From positions 2,980,750 through 3,039,789 of the forward strand of contig NC_068991.1 of the NCBI RefSeq assembly GCF_001194135.2: a stretch of 59,040 bases of DNA, given 5' to 3'. The notes beneath the pieces were generated by a model. The model was not told where the DNA came from, did not search any database, and worked only from the letters and a program-made list of their open reading frames with translations. Of the stretch, positions 1 to 13,442 are shown piece by piece. A program made the position numbers and the translations under genes. Numbering within the stretch: position 1 is the first letter of the stretch; every line of letters begins with the position of its first letter. The stretch is from Octopus bimaculoides. Lineage: Eukaryota.

Positions 1-35
<35 letters not shown>

Positions 36-642
36 ATGTAATAAAGTGATTTTTTTTTTTTGATGAGTCATTGGTATTTTCATAGAGAAGATACCCTAAT
101 TCATAACAGTAATAGTTTTTACATAACAGACATCAAATAATTTAATAAGGTAACATTTTCCCAGATACATGGAAGTATTGTTGATATTCTGTCTTACTTT
201 CTTATTCAAAAATCTCCATCAGTGATAGTGTTTTCTTGTTATGCTTGTTCTTTTATTTTTCTTTGTGTTTTATTTAAATAAGTGCCAGACTAGAGAAGTG
301 ACAGGTTTAATAAGAAAACATTGAATATTAAAGAATGTAGCAGTTGGCACTTTTCCTTGATCAGTCTATTAAAATGACTCTTATTTAACAATAAACACAC
401 ATTATTATGATAATCTAGTAGAGTGACATTTGACAAAAATTACATCACAATGGACGACTGACACGTAATGAAGAGGACACAATACCTGTCTGGAAGAGAG
501 GGGAGCTGTTTTTGATAAAAGAGAACACAAGAAATATGCATATATATATATATATATATATACACATAAATATACCTACATATATATATATATATACACA
601 CACATACATACATATGCCTATATATATATACATACGTATACT

Positions 643-741
<99 letters not shown>

Positions 742-1588
742 AAACTGAGTGCAACAATTTTGGACATTGGGACAACTTAAAAACACAAAAAATGAGACAT
801 GAATGGTGGTGGGGAGGGGTCTACAAATTTTGGAAAAACTGAATTCCATTATCTAAAAAGACAAAAAAAAAAATAACCAAAACATATGGCAAAAACACCT
901 GACACGTTAATTTGGATAAGAAATATTATTTAATTAAAGAAGTTTATATTATTAATGATGATGATAATAATAATGATAACAATAATAATAATAATAATTA
1001 TCATTATTATTGTGATAATTATTTAATAATTATGGTTTCTTTTATTTGCCACAGGGGTAATGGAGGAGGCAACATTACAGGGCAAATTACACATAAATTC
1101 TAGGGGTTAATTTTCAAGATAGATTATGGAAAAAAAAAGAAAATAATCTGCATGGATCATCTTCTGATTTACACAATCTCATTTTATTTTTGGGACATGG
1201 GTCTTTACCTAAGAACAAAAAATGTATAAACTTTATAGAAGCGTTCATAGAGTTTGATTAAAGTTGAATTGCTGTGAGATAGGAAGAAAATGTAACCAGC
1301 TTTTTTCCATTTTTTGGAACTTTATTCTAAAGACATCTTCAGTTCTTCACGCAACGTTGTTATTTCTTCAGTTGTTCTTTTCATATTGTACATGTACACA
1401 TACATACACACACACTGTCGTCGTCATCATCATCAGCATCGCACTTCCATGCATACATGCATCTACAATTCCGTTACCATCATACGCACACACACACACA
1501 AACACACCCACACACAATTTCTAGCACATATACCTCTCTCTCCAAATATATGTGTGTGTGTGTGTGTACTTATGTATGTATGTATGTG

Positions 1589-1629
<41 letters not shown>

Positions 1630-1812
1630 TAATAAATTGTATGGTGTAAACCTGGTAGCCTACTGGTAAAGCACATTCACTTTCCTGGTGTTTGTTGGGT
1701 ATTTGAATAATGAGAGAGATGGAAGATACGAATATGTCTATTAATCCCAACAGTTGTTTTAACCAATCTTGTATCTTCCATTTTGTATCTCACTCATTAA
1801 TCAAATACATAC

Positions 1813-1847
<35 letters not shown>

Positions 1848-3347
1848 TGTATATTAGTGATCAGAAATTACAGAATTGAGCAAATTTGTTAATGATTTGT
1901 GGGATCATAACCCACTGCAGACATTTCCCTCATTGTCTTTGCTTCGAGTTTTTAAGCAGTGCAGGGTTCGGATGGGAGAAGGGTTCCTTCAAAAGACGAG
2001 CATTCTATGTATGGGAGAACACGAGACTTCTATCTCTCTCTCTCTCCTCTCTTATTCTTTCTTTTTCTCCCCCTCTATTCACCCTCTTCCTTTTTCTTCT
2101 ATCTCACATTTTCCCTTTCTCCATCTGACCTTAACACTGCAGCTCCCTATAAGGTCCTTATCGGCTTCGTTGATCATGTAAACTTTATTGTCTTCCCCGT
2201 CCCCACTACACACATACACATATTCATCTGCATGATTTTTCAAAGAAGCCTATGACCCCTGCTGATCCTTTCCTAATGGATGAAGGGATGCATGGACAGG
2301 AAAAGGATCTTCATTTGTTGCCTTCATTAAAACTCTTCCCTGTTACATCTATGATGCATCAACTGCCTTGTACGAACCTGGCCAACATCCCTGTTAGTTT
2401 GTTCATTTGCAGCCTGGTGCAATGTTGAAATTTTGAAGTATGTGTGTAGGTATGTATGTATGTATGTTATTATGTAATAATATCTGTAATAACTTGATTA
2501 AACCATAAAACGCAAACTCCCGTTTGTGATTCTAGGCTTTGGAAGGAAAATATTTAATAATTATTTATAGAGTTGCTTACAAATTCATTTCATTCATAAT
2601 TTGAACTCTTTTAAAATATGTAAAAAAAAAATAAAAAGAAGTGTTATAATGGTGCTGATATACGAGTGTTGACAAAAAAAAAATGGGGGCATGTGGAAAG
2701 AGAAGTAAAAGGGAGACAGTTGAAGGGGTAGGTTTGAAAAAACGTGGAGTAAAGTGTGAAATTAATACTGTTGAAATTTATATTATGATGAAATCTGAAC
2801 ATAAATAGAGAAATGGAAAAGAACAGATGACGACATTTTGATTTACAAGGGAAGCAACTCATATTTGTTTCAAGCGGATTGGTTATGCAGAGCCGGAGTA
2901 GAGAGGGCGTGTCATTGACGAGGTCAAAACTGGTGATGAAAGGACTTTGACGAATCTAACTGATTGACTGATTGACTGGCCAAATGATTAATCAAACAAT
3001 CGATTAGTTAACTGGTGAAATAGTTAACCAATTGACATATACATTAAAAAAAAATAAAGAAGTGAAATAGAACCAGTGTGTGTGTTTATTATTGGCAGAA
3101 TGACCTTCCCAACATAACCAAACAAAAAAAAAGGTAATTCATATTCTTAAATTATATATGAATAAATTAGGGTGGGTTGAATTAGAACAAAAAAATAAGT
3201 TATAAAGCTTGTGACAGTAAAAAGCATAATTTTAGAGAATAAAACTTGGTCTAAATAAGAAAAAGTTACATCTGCTATTCCTTCCCTACCTGCATTTCAT
3301 AATTTACAAACTGTCTTGTACATGTTTCTGCATATCATTTTACCTAC

Positions 3348-3387
<40 letters not shown>

Positions 3388-3397
3388 NNNNNNNNNN

Positions 3398-3432
<35 letters not shown>

Positions 3433-3639
3433 CATGTATTTATGGATGTTTGCGATTATGCACATTTTATCACATTTAGGTATAAATATATATATTTTTG
3501 TCTGCATTTCTCTGTATTTTATGCACATTTTTATATTCTTGGGTGTACTTCTGAAAATCTATACATTCCATTCTGTACTTTGACTTTATTCTCCCCCACT
3601 TCTGTTTATCGTTATATGCAGATAATAATAATAATAATG

Positions 3640-3915
3640 AATAGTGTAACGGTTGTGCCTATAATAATTGGTGCATTGAGAACTGTAAGCAAAGTTACAG
3701 ACAAATGGTTGAAGGAGATTGGAATAGAATGCGATGTAGAGCTTCTACATAAAGTTTGCTTTTTGGAGACAAGAAAGATTACCAGGAGGGTCTTATGCAC
3801 TTGAGAGACTATTGAACGATTGGGGATACAGGTAGTAACCAGCTACCCCCATAAATTTTGCCAAGAATACGAATGAGCCTGAGTCAAATCAATGATGATG
3901 ATGATGATGATGATG
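3640..3915 (+). mobile_element. 3' end of an RLE-endonuclease (R4/Dong/HERO-like) non-LTR retrotransposon
   Basis: VTVVPIIIGALRTVSKVTDKWLKEIGI..LLHKVCFLETRKITRRVL* matches the C-terminal V.PIVIGALG....L...LGI....LQK..LLGT..ILR.VL motif; (GAT)n tail. Confidence 0.7.
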
Positions 3916-5904
3916 AGCTTATAGTATATAGTAGTGCTCGGAATGTCTTGCTTTGTTTTTTATTAGATGTACGCTCCTACACGTCTTTATATGCAGCTAT
4001 ATTTGTATAATTGGGCAGATTTCTCATTTCTTACAATCAGTTTCTAATACTACCCCATTCCTAATGAAATACCAACGTTTTCTCTCAGTTATTTCCCTTC
4101 CTTAACCACTCTCCAAACTTTAAACTTTCCACTTTTACCATTTCCTTCTAGTAGACACATTTCTCTCTCTCACTCTCTACATTATTTTAGTATAACTATA
4201 TGAAAATTTTTATTGTCGCTTACATTAATTAATACTGTTAATTGGTCCTTTATTTATATTTTGTCCTATACGAATCTCAGCAAAAAGAAATTTGATAACA
4301 TTTTACTGACATCAAAAGATTTATTTCATTTAACTCATTATTCTAAGTTTTTATTATATATCTAAACCTATGCCTTCTACTATCATAAACTTTATAATTT
4401 ATTCTTTGTTCTAACTTAACCATATGATATAAAAATTCATTCATATATATTGGGCTGTCAGATAAATTCGTTCATTTTCTTCTACTTGGCACTCCATTGT
4501 CATGTGACTGTAAAAGGGTAAAATTTATCCAAATTTCAAAAATGACCAATAATAGTTGTCGGGGATGAATTGAGCTCAAAGAACCATAAAAAAAACTTAG
4601 ATAAGAACATTTTTCATGTTAATTCAATATGGGAAAAGATCTTTGTTAATTAAAACCCCCCAAAAAACAGAAAAAAAATGAACGAATTTACCTGACTAGC
4701 TGTTCTTTTAGAAATGTAAGATACCTCCCCTTATCGTTACTCTTATCGTATTTGTGAATCGATCTCTCAATTGGCCTTCAGATCTTATTCACATGTATAA
4801 TATCATTGTAATTTCACATTTCACATCACCCTTTTATAAGGTCTGTCTTTCATTGTCACTCGGTTGACTGTTAATTATATATGAACATTTAAACATCATA
4901 AAAGGTTTCGGTGGTGGGTTAATATTACAAAAATTTCCAATGGAACCTAAGGAGCTATATTTTACACACACACACACACACACGTATACATATATGGAAA
5001 AAGATGGCAATGTGTAGCGTTAAACAGCTTTCGGGAACTCACTCACTTGTGAAAATATAGCAGAATGAGGAATAGCAATGGACGATAGTAATGGAATCTA
5101 GGAAGTATGATAGATTACATTCGGGTCTCCAATATATTTCTGTTTAAGTCCACTTTTGATATCATCTCGTTTCTCGGTCACTCTCGCTCTCATATATATT
5201 CATACATGTACATTTATACATATACACAGATATATTTGGTTCTTCTTTTTTTATCATCGTTGTTGTTTAACTATGATACTTGTCTTCAGTTGCCATGGAA
5301 ACAGACAAAGGTGTTCTGCCTCTTGCTATCATCACACTGCAGTTGGCAAAGAGAAATAAAATTGAGGTACTAACGATCGTGATATTGATGATGGTGATAA
5401 TGATGATGACAGTATGACCATGGGAAATATCAAGACATATGATAGACAGCCAGCTACTGTAATGATGATGATGATGTTGATGGTCAGTGATGATAGCAGC
5501 TGTGATGATTACAGGGATATTAATCATAATTGTAACAATGATGATGATGACTTTGTGATGATAATGACAAATATAAGACAAGTGATGACAGAAAACTGCT
5601 GGTGATGACAGTGAGCATGTCATAAGATTTATTGACATTGTTATAGATCTGAAGATTTTAAGAAATCATAATTAGACAATAAAAAATTTTAAATAGACGA
5701 GCTAAACATATTTTTTTAAAAATTTAATTTAAATATTTATTTATTTATTTAAATATTTATTTATTTATTCTCCTTTGATTTTCATCAGATGTTCTTTTCA
5801 AAAGTTAGAAAAGTTTCCCTGCACCCCCCCCCCACTTCACCCAAGCTACTTTTTTCTTACACTTCAACCACCACCACCACTACCAACAAGCCTCTATATG
5901 ATCG

Positions 5905-6090
5905 CTTGACCTGCTAGAAATAACAACCAAATTTTCTTCAAGTTACATGTAACTATCTTAAGTAATGAAAGGACACCTTGGAATATGCAGTCATAGATAT
6001 ACACAGCCTACCTTAGAATCACAGGATGGCCACGGCTGGAATGCCTTCAATCATAGGTCTACTCAATAAGACCTGACTTCTGGCTAAATA
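5905..6090 (+). repeat. Dispersed repeat family F
   Basis: gacctgctagaaata...ggctggaatgcctt..gatcata...gacct...aacaac; related copies at about 27370-27470, 39530-39770 (-), 45040-45120, 46540-46740, 49615-49805 and 56345-56430 (-). Confidence 0.65.
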
Positions 6091-6966
6091 ACTACTACTA
6101 CTACTACTACTACTACTATCACTGCCACCTCCAGTTAAAATAACTTTTATTTTTCACATGCTCCCTAAGTTCCAACAACCAATTAAGGATTCCAAACTGT
6201 ATATTTATAGATAGATAGACAGAATCATGTAAAGTCATGTTTAACACATTTGTGTGTATTTGGACATGATAAAACATTTCACTGCAGAAATAGTCACAGG
6301 AGAAAATTTTCTCTAGAGATTATTTCAGCAGTGAAAAGACTTATTGTGTTCAAATACACTTTAGCATGTTAAACATGACTTTAAGTGAGTATATTATATT
6401 CAAAGCTACTTTGTGTAATACACACACACACACATATTTGTATGTATGTATAATGTTTAGTTATTGTATATTTTGTTGTTTTGTTATTTGATTTATTTTC
6501 CTTGTATGTCAAAATTCTGTTTCACTCCCATAACTTCTACGAATTCAAAACATAATCATTTCCTCATATCCATTGGCCACTATCGGTGCTGCTGTTAGTT
6601 CTCTACCAACATTTTTCATTGATCATCATTGCCCCCCCCCCCCNNNNNNNNNNNNNNNNNNCCCCCACAGCTGTGCAACTTTGAAGATGATAATTGTGTT
6701 TTTGCTCCCTTACATCTTTTTCTTATTCTGTGAACCCTTCAGCATCCAGATTACTCTCTTAAATGTAATGCTTATTTAATCACATTGTTTTGAATTAATT
6801 ATACAGTATTTTGAAGCTACATGATGCAGTTGTTTGAATGACATTGTAAGGCATGTGTAAGAGGCCAGATATGGCCAGTTTGAACATAAAACAAAGAGAA
6901 TATTTGAGCTAGATATAATAAGAAAATTACTATTTCTAAATCTCACAACGAGAAATATTCAGCAAC

Positions 6967-7262
6967 AATATTTTGTAGTAAAGATTGTTTTGCCAGCATA
7001 ACATGGCATTCCTGGTTTAGGATGAATGTTGCTGTAATCTAGCCCCAGGAGATATTGTCTCCAGCTGGCTATACGGCACGATCTGCATCTTCATATTTTT
7101 GGATAAGTGGGGTGCTAAATTCCCTTGTACAAAAATATGAAGACACAGATCGTGTCATATAGCCAGCTGGAGCCGATGTCTCCTGGGGCTAAATTGCAGC
7201 AACATTAGTCCTAAACCAGGACTACCATGTTATGTTGGCAGACAATCTTTACTACAAATATT
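6967..7262. repeat. Long inverted repeat (arms about 130 bp, 30-nt spacer)
   Basis: 6967-7100 versus the reverse complement of 7131-7262: 15 mismatches and 1 indel counted by eye. Confidence 0.95.
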
Positions 7263-8489
7263 TATAATCAGTTTAAATATTAAAGGGTTAAATCTGGTCG
7301 GTAACTCTACCAAGGCCTACATTTTTTCATTTTATTATTATGGAAGGAGGGTTTTTTTCTAGTTTCATCTTATCAAAATTGGTTTATGATCCTCTTAAAA
7401 TTCTTATTTTATGGATTAGAATAAAAATTCAACCTATAGAGTTGTTTTGTGGCTCTATTCTTCCCCAACCAATGTTTTCTAGAATTTTTTAGGTTTCTAA
7501 CAAAAAAATCTTTGTTCTGTTCTGGTTTGTGATTCTACCTAAATTGTTATAGTTTCATAAACACCATCAAGTTCTGTTGTAGTTTTAAAAATATTAAACA
7601 AGCATGTACATACACCAGGGGTGGGGGATGGGGGGTCCAAAATATTGTTTTTTTTGTTTGTTGTTTTTTTTTTGTTTTATGCTTTTTGAAGATAAATTAT
7701 TTTTCTTTCTGTCTATGTGTTTGTTTTATTTAAGTTTTGTTTTTAAATTTTAATTTTAAATTTTAAATCTTTATCAAGACAAAATTTTCACAGACATCTC
7801 TTCTTTCTCTCTCTCTACCTCTCTCTCTTCTTTCAACAATATTAATTATAATAATATCTTTTATTCTTTTGCCAGTTCAGTCAATGGACTGCAGCCTTGA
7901 GGGCAGAGCCTCAGAACTTATCGTACTAATCTCTGTTTGGTCAAATCAGTAAAGTAACAAGACATGAAAGGAAAACAGCATAAACAACATCAGTTTTTAG
8001 ACCATAAATATTAAGATGGACTCACGTACACGCACACACACTTGCATACATAAATATATATGGGTAAAAGGAAGAGACAATTGAAGTCTGGACAGCTCTT
8101 AGCTGGCCAACTGCTGCCAAACTGTCCAACCCATGCCTGCATGAAAGACAGATGCTAAACGATGACAATGATGATGATGATGATGTTTATAAATGTGGAA
8201 CTAAAATAAACATCAGAGATGCTTTACCCCACACAGAAACCAGAGGAGGTTTTGCAAGCTCTTCTAAATTCACCAAAATTTCAGTCCTTGTGCCTATAGT
8301 ACAGGGGTTGTGAAGTCTTGGCAGGAGAGGGGTTGCGTAACCTTGCTAGAAGTGGCTTGGGATAATATTAATTAATTAAAATGTAAATCAAGCAGCTGAT
8401 AGTAGGGGGTTACATGGGTTTCAAGCTTTTGAGTAAGAGGTTGCAAGTGCAAAAACGTTGGGAATTGCTGCAATAGTAGAAAGGATTAT

Positions 8490-8855
8490 TATTACCTCCC
8501 CCTTAGCGAGGGCAGAGTATTGTTTTCAGTCATATTTGTTTGTCTGTCTATGGACAAGATATCTCAAGAACCGTTGGATGGATTTGGATGAAACTTTCAG
8601 GGATGTTTGGCCTCATGACAGGCACAAACTTATTAAATTTAGGGAATGATCCTGTACTGGACAAGGATTCTGGTTTATTTTTCCTGTTTTTTTTTTTACT
8701 TAATTTTTGAGAGCTGTTGGGTTCATTTTTAGTATTCTCGTTTGTGAGAGCAGTCGAGTTTATTTCAGATATTCTCATTTTAGAAATCATCTTTGGTTAA
8801 TCGTTGAAAGGACGTTGGTATTGCCTTGGTGGAGGTTTGCGCTCTCTGAGTGCTC

Positions 8856-8858
<3 letters not shown>
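8490..8858 (+). mobile_element. Helentron-associated (HINE/DINE-1-like) non-autonomous element
   Basis: 5' ttattacctccc and 3' ggtggaggt subterminal inverted repeats, a 3' stem-loop gcgctctctgagtgc, T-rich flanks, and a core shared with 17955-18130. Confidence 0.6.
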
Positions 8859-8893
<35 letters not shown>

Positions 8894-8895
<2 letters not shown>

Positions 8896-9405
8896 GGCAA
8901 TCAGCTGACAACATTATTAGTAGACTGGACAAAACACTCAGCAGCATTTCATCCATTTTTACATTCTGAGATTAAATTTCCAGTGAGGTCAACTTTGTCT
9001 TTCATCCTTTTCTGTGGTTGATTAGATAAGTACCAGTCATGTACTGGGGTTGATGTAATCAACTTCCCGCCACCCTCAAAAACTGCTGGCCCTGTGCAAA
9101 AATTTGAAACCATTATTACTATTACTATTATTATTATTATTATTATTATTAGTATCATTATTATCTTTTCTTGTAAGGCAACAAGCTGGCCGAATCATTA
9201 GCACATCAGGCGTAATGCTTAGCACTATTTCATCTACAGCTACGTTCTGAATTCAAATTCTACCGAGGTCAACTTTGCCTTTCATCCTTTCGCAGTTGAT
9301 AAATCATATACCAGTAAAACACTGGGGTCGATGTAATCGACTCGTCCCCCACCCCCATTCCCCCCAAAATTTCAGGTCTTGTGACTTTAGTAGACAGGAT
9401 TATTA
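8894..9405 (+). mobile_element. Two tandem SINE family B copies (8894-9110, 9174-9405) separated by (ATT)n
   Basis: aaggc..gctggc.gaatc.ttagc...ttctgagttcaaatt...gtcaactttgcctttcatcc...gatgtaatcgac...gccttgtg. Confidence 0.85.
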
Positions 9406-9722
9406 TTTCTTCTTCTAATTCATTATATATGCATGTATCGAGTGATGAGCTTCCATTCGGTGTAGTTAGTGTTGTGTTTGCGTTGCCTTGCTTTACCCAA
9501 ATCTTGTTTCATGGGCATGAGGAATATCATGCTTGGTTTAAAGATATTCTGCAATCGTTGCCATCATCTCTATCTTCCACCATCACAACTGCTTCACCGT
9601 TTACCTTACCTTTATATTACTACATGCCTGTAATAGGAACCTGTTTCTACCAGAATTTTTCTTATAAATCAGCGTTGGAGGGAAGGGATTATGCAATTGT
9701 CTTTGCATCACCACACACACAC

Positions 9723-9782
<60 letters not shown>

Positions 9783-9835
9783 ATATATATAAGTATATAT
9801 ATATATATAAGTATACATATATATATATATATAAG

Positions 9836-9868
<33 letters not shown>

Positions 9869-10200
9869 ATACATATAGACATATACAAACATTACCTCTG
9901 AAATGCCCTGTCTACAAAACGGGTAGGTTATACCCTAAAGTGCGGCTGTGAACCCCTTGTGTGAGGAGGGGGGTATTTTAATTAAGAAAAGCAACATCAT
10001 TAGAAATATACACAAAAAACCCCCAAAAACTAGAAATTAATAAATCTCTCTCTTTCATACATACACACACGTACACATGCACGCATTTGTCATATTCTCA
10101 TCTCCCTTTCAACAAACCATGCAATTTTATTGTAAAAACTAGTTTACCGGAAACAAAATGAAAAAATGCAACAACAGATATATTTATATTTATATATATT

Positions 10201-10231
<31 letters not shown>

Positions 10232-11215
10232 ATGCATATGAATGTGTGTATTTATATATCTATATATGTATGTGATTATATGCATTGGTGTAATTATTAG
10301 ACTGAACATCAAGGTCATCCATATACAGGGCACTCCACCAGCTGGTGGGTGCACTGCTTGAAAAGATTGTTTTCTTTTTAAACAAACCTCTTATATAAAT
10401 ACATTTCTGTCTGTGCGTACATATGTATGTGTGTATGTATGTATGTATACACATGTACAAAGAATCTCATAATGATGGAACACATTCTAAATGCTATTAA
10501 CAAGAATTTGGACATGCGTAGGCAAGTAACCATGGTCTTGTGTATTACAAATAAAATGTGACTAGTCAATATGAGACTTTGTGTGTGTGTGTGTGTGTCC
10601 GTCCATCCATGGCTTCGTAGTTGAGACTATAAAATATCTTTGAAAAGTAGGAAAAATAATTATTTTCACGATCATTTGAAATGGTAATTGATCCTATATA
10701 AAAACATTTTGTATATATACATGTGTGTGTGTTTATGTGTATACATAACAGAACAGACCTTGTGCTCAGAGTATGAAGATTGCTTGGAGACACAAGGTGT
10801 GTTATAAAAACCTGCCTAGACACATGTCTTCACAGCAAGAAACTATCAGTAACTTGTATCTTTATACTGTGTACCTTAAATGATGTGTATGTATGTATAC
10901 ACATGCAACACAGTGTTTATAATACGTATGTATTTTTTTCTTGAGACAAAGTATAAGGTACTTCATAAATATTGTGGAGTATTATACTTTACTTTTTTGT
11001 ATATTTTTTTCTTCTTTCTTTTGATGTTTGACTATCATTTCGTTCCTCCATATAATGTGTACCGTTTTGTAGCTCCTGGCTGTCTTCAGAGAGGTACAAA
11101 CATCTGCGTTATTGCTGTAACGGAATAATAGTCAACCTTAGTATAACTAACTTGCTCATCTACAGCTAGTGTATGTATGTCATCATCATGTATACAAATA
11201 TATATACATATATAG

Positions 11216-11249
<34 letters not shown>

Positions 11250-11449
11250 CAAAAGGATGTGTTATACATACATACACATATAAACTCTCAATACACATGT
11301 GAACATATATTAAAATACAATTTTCATTATGAATCCTACCCACACCTCATTTCACTAGTAATGATAATAATTATTAATTAATTAATTAATTACCACCAGT
11401 CTCTTTCACTTCAATCAATGCCTCTTGCCTGGCATCTTATTTCTCATTC

Positions 11450-12140
11450 CTGCCTCATTCGTTACCGATTCCAATTACGTCCATCCTGCCAAAACCATTC
11501 CCCTGTGAGTCCCCCCTCCACTGTCCCCACTGCCTTGTCTACATCCACCTAAGTTCCACTCAACTTGATATATTATGTCCATCACTTATTTACTCTCATT
11601 TTAACTCTAGACGAACTCACTTACCTCTAGGCCTTACTCCAAATTCAGCATTTACCAACTTTCACCCCTCCAGTTTATTATATCTTACTCAACTTGAGGC
11701 AAACTGCTCTAAACTCCACTCCACACCATTTAATTCTTCCTTGTTTGCCAAACTGTATTTTCTGCTCAAAGTGAATTCCTCATGTAACCCCATTTCAATC
11801 TTAGCCCTATTCCACCTCATTCAACTCCATTCCATCTCCTGCCAACACTAACTCGAGTGTTACTCTACTCCAAGTTCAGCTCTGATCCACCTCAACTTCA
11901 ATAATAGCCAAACTTGACGTTATTCTGCTCTGAGTCAAGTTTTACTACAATCCAACAAGCCTGGCCCTATTCCACCTCATCTCATCTCTGACCAATCTCC
12001 ACTCCACACGTTCAAGTGTCACTCTATCCCATCCATTTCCATGACGTCTATCAACCACCCAATTTTTTCCACCCCAGTTCCAATTCCATTCTACCATGAG
12101 TCTCACTCAATACTTTTCTCCCAGTCCAACTCCACTCTAG
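11450..12140. repeat. Degenerate pentamer-based (TTCCA/CTCCA-like) satellite tract
   Basis: Recurrent ttcca, ctcca and tccac units; G-poor plus strand. Confidence 0.6.
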
Positions 12141-12318
12141 TTGTTGTTAAATGTAAAATTTGAAAAAAATAAATAAATAAATGAAAACATCCAGAAATTT
12201 TTATTTTTTTAAATTTTAATCTAACAAATTCCGTCTCACATTACAATCCTCTTTCTCCTATCCATCTGCATCATCATCACAATTGTCTCTTATTTTATTA
12301 TTATTATTATTATTATGT

Positions 12319-12667
12319 AAGGCAGCGAGCTGGCAGAATCATTAGCATGCTGGGTAAAATGCTTAGCAGTATTTCATCAGTCTTTATGTTCTGAGCTCAA
12401 ATTCCGTCAAGGTTGACTTTGCCTTTCATCTTTGTGGAGTTGATAAATTAAGTACCAGTTACATACTGGGGATCGATCTAATCGACTGCCCCGCTTCCTC
12501 AAAATTTCGGGCCTTGTGCCTAGAGTAGAAAATATTATTATTATTATTATTATTATTAAGGTGGCGAGTTGGCAGAATTGTTAGCACACTGGACAAGATG
12601 CTTAGTGGCATTTCACTTATTAAGTTCTGAGTTCAAATTCTGCTGAGTTCAACTTTGCCCTATGTCC
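12319..12667 (+). mobile_element. Two tandem SINE family B copies (12319-12535, and 12558-12667 cut by a gap)
   Basis: Same consensus, with (ATT)n spacers. Confidence 0.85.
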
Positions 12668-13410
12668 NNNNNNNNNNNNNNNNNNNNNNNNNNNNNNNNN
12701 NNNNNNNNNNNNNNNNNNNNNNNNNNNNNNNNNNNNNNNNNNNNNNNNNNNNNNNNNNNNNNNNNNNNNNNNNNNNNNNNNNNNNNNNNNNNNNNNNNNN
12801 NNNNNNNNNNNNNNNNNNNNNNNNNNNNNNNNNNNNNNNNNNNNNNNNNNNNNNNNNNNNNNNNNNNNNNNNNNNNNNNNNNNNNNNNNNNNNNNNNNNN
12901 NNNNNNNNNNNNNNNNNNNNNNNNNNNNNNNNNNNNNNNNNNNNNNNNNNNNNNNNNNNNNNNNNNNNNNNNNNNNNNNNNNNNNNNNNNNNNNNNNNNN
13001 NNNNNNNNNNNNNNNNNNNNNNNNNNNNNNNNNNNNNNNNNNNNNNNNNNNNNNNNNNNNNNNNNNNNNNNNNNNNNNNNNNNNNNNNNNNNNNNNNNNN
13101 NNNNNNNNNNNNNNNNNNNNNNNNNNNNNNNNNNNNNNNNNNNNNNNNNNNNNNNNNNNNNNNNNNNNNNNNNNNNNNNNNNNNNNNNNNNNNNNNNNNN
13201 NNNNNNNNNNNNNNNNNNNNNNNNNNNNNNNNNNNNNNNNNNNNNNNNNNNNNNNNNNNNNNNNNNNNNNNNNNNNNNNNNNNNNNNNNNNNNNNNNNNN
13301 NNNNNNNNNNNNNNNNNNNNNNNNNNNNNNNNNNNNNNNNNNNNNNNNNNNNNNNNNNNNNNNNNNNNNNNNNNNNNNNNNNNNNNNNNNNNNNNNNNNN
13401 NNNNNNNNNN
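12668..13410. other. Assembly gap (largest). Other N-runs at about 3388, 6644, 16247-16908, 25382, 26574, 32523, 44358, 48401 and 50376-50725
   Basis: Runs of n. Confidence 1.

Positions 13411-13442
<32 letters not shown>

Noticed and set aside
440-849. Long IYIY-type ORFs here and at about 15100-15600, 16200-17340, 43690-45010 and 54390-54700
   Set aside because: Translations of (TA)n/(CA)n microsatellites, which lack stop codons; not genes.
1960-2008. Possible plus-strand exon (AGFGWEKGSFKRRAFY) between cag| and |gtatgg
   Set aside because: Weak polypyrimidine tract, no recognisable homolog, and no partner exons.
2933-2975. GTGATGA...CTGA resembling a C/D snoRNA
   Set aside because: Too short, no terminal stem, and the CTGA copies belong to a (GATT/GACT) microsatellite.
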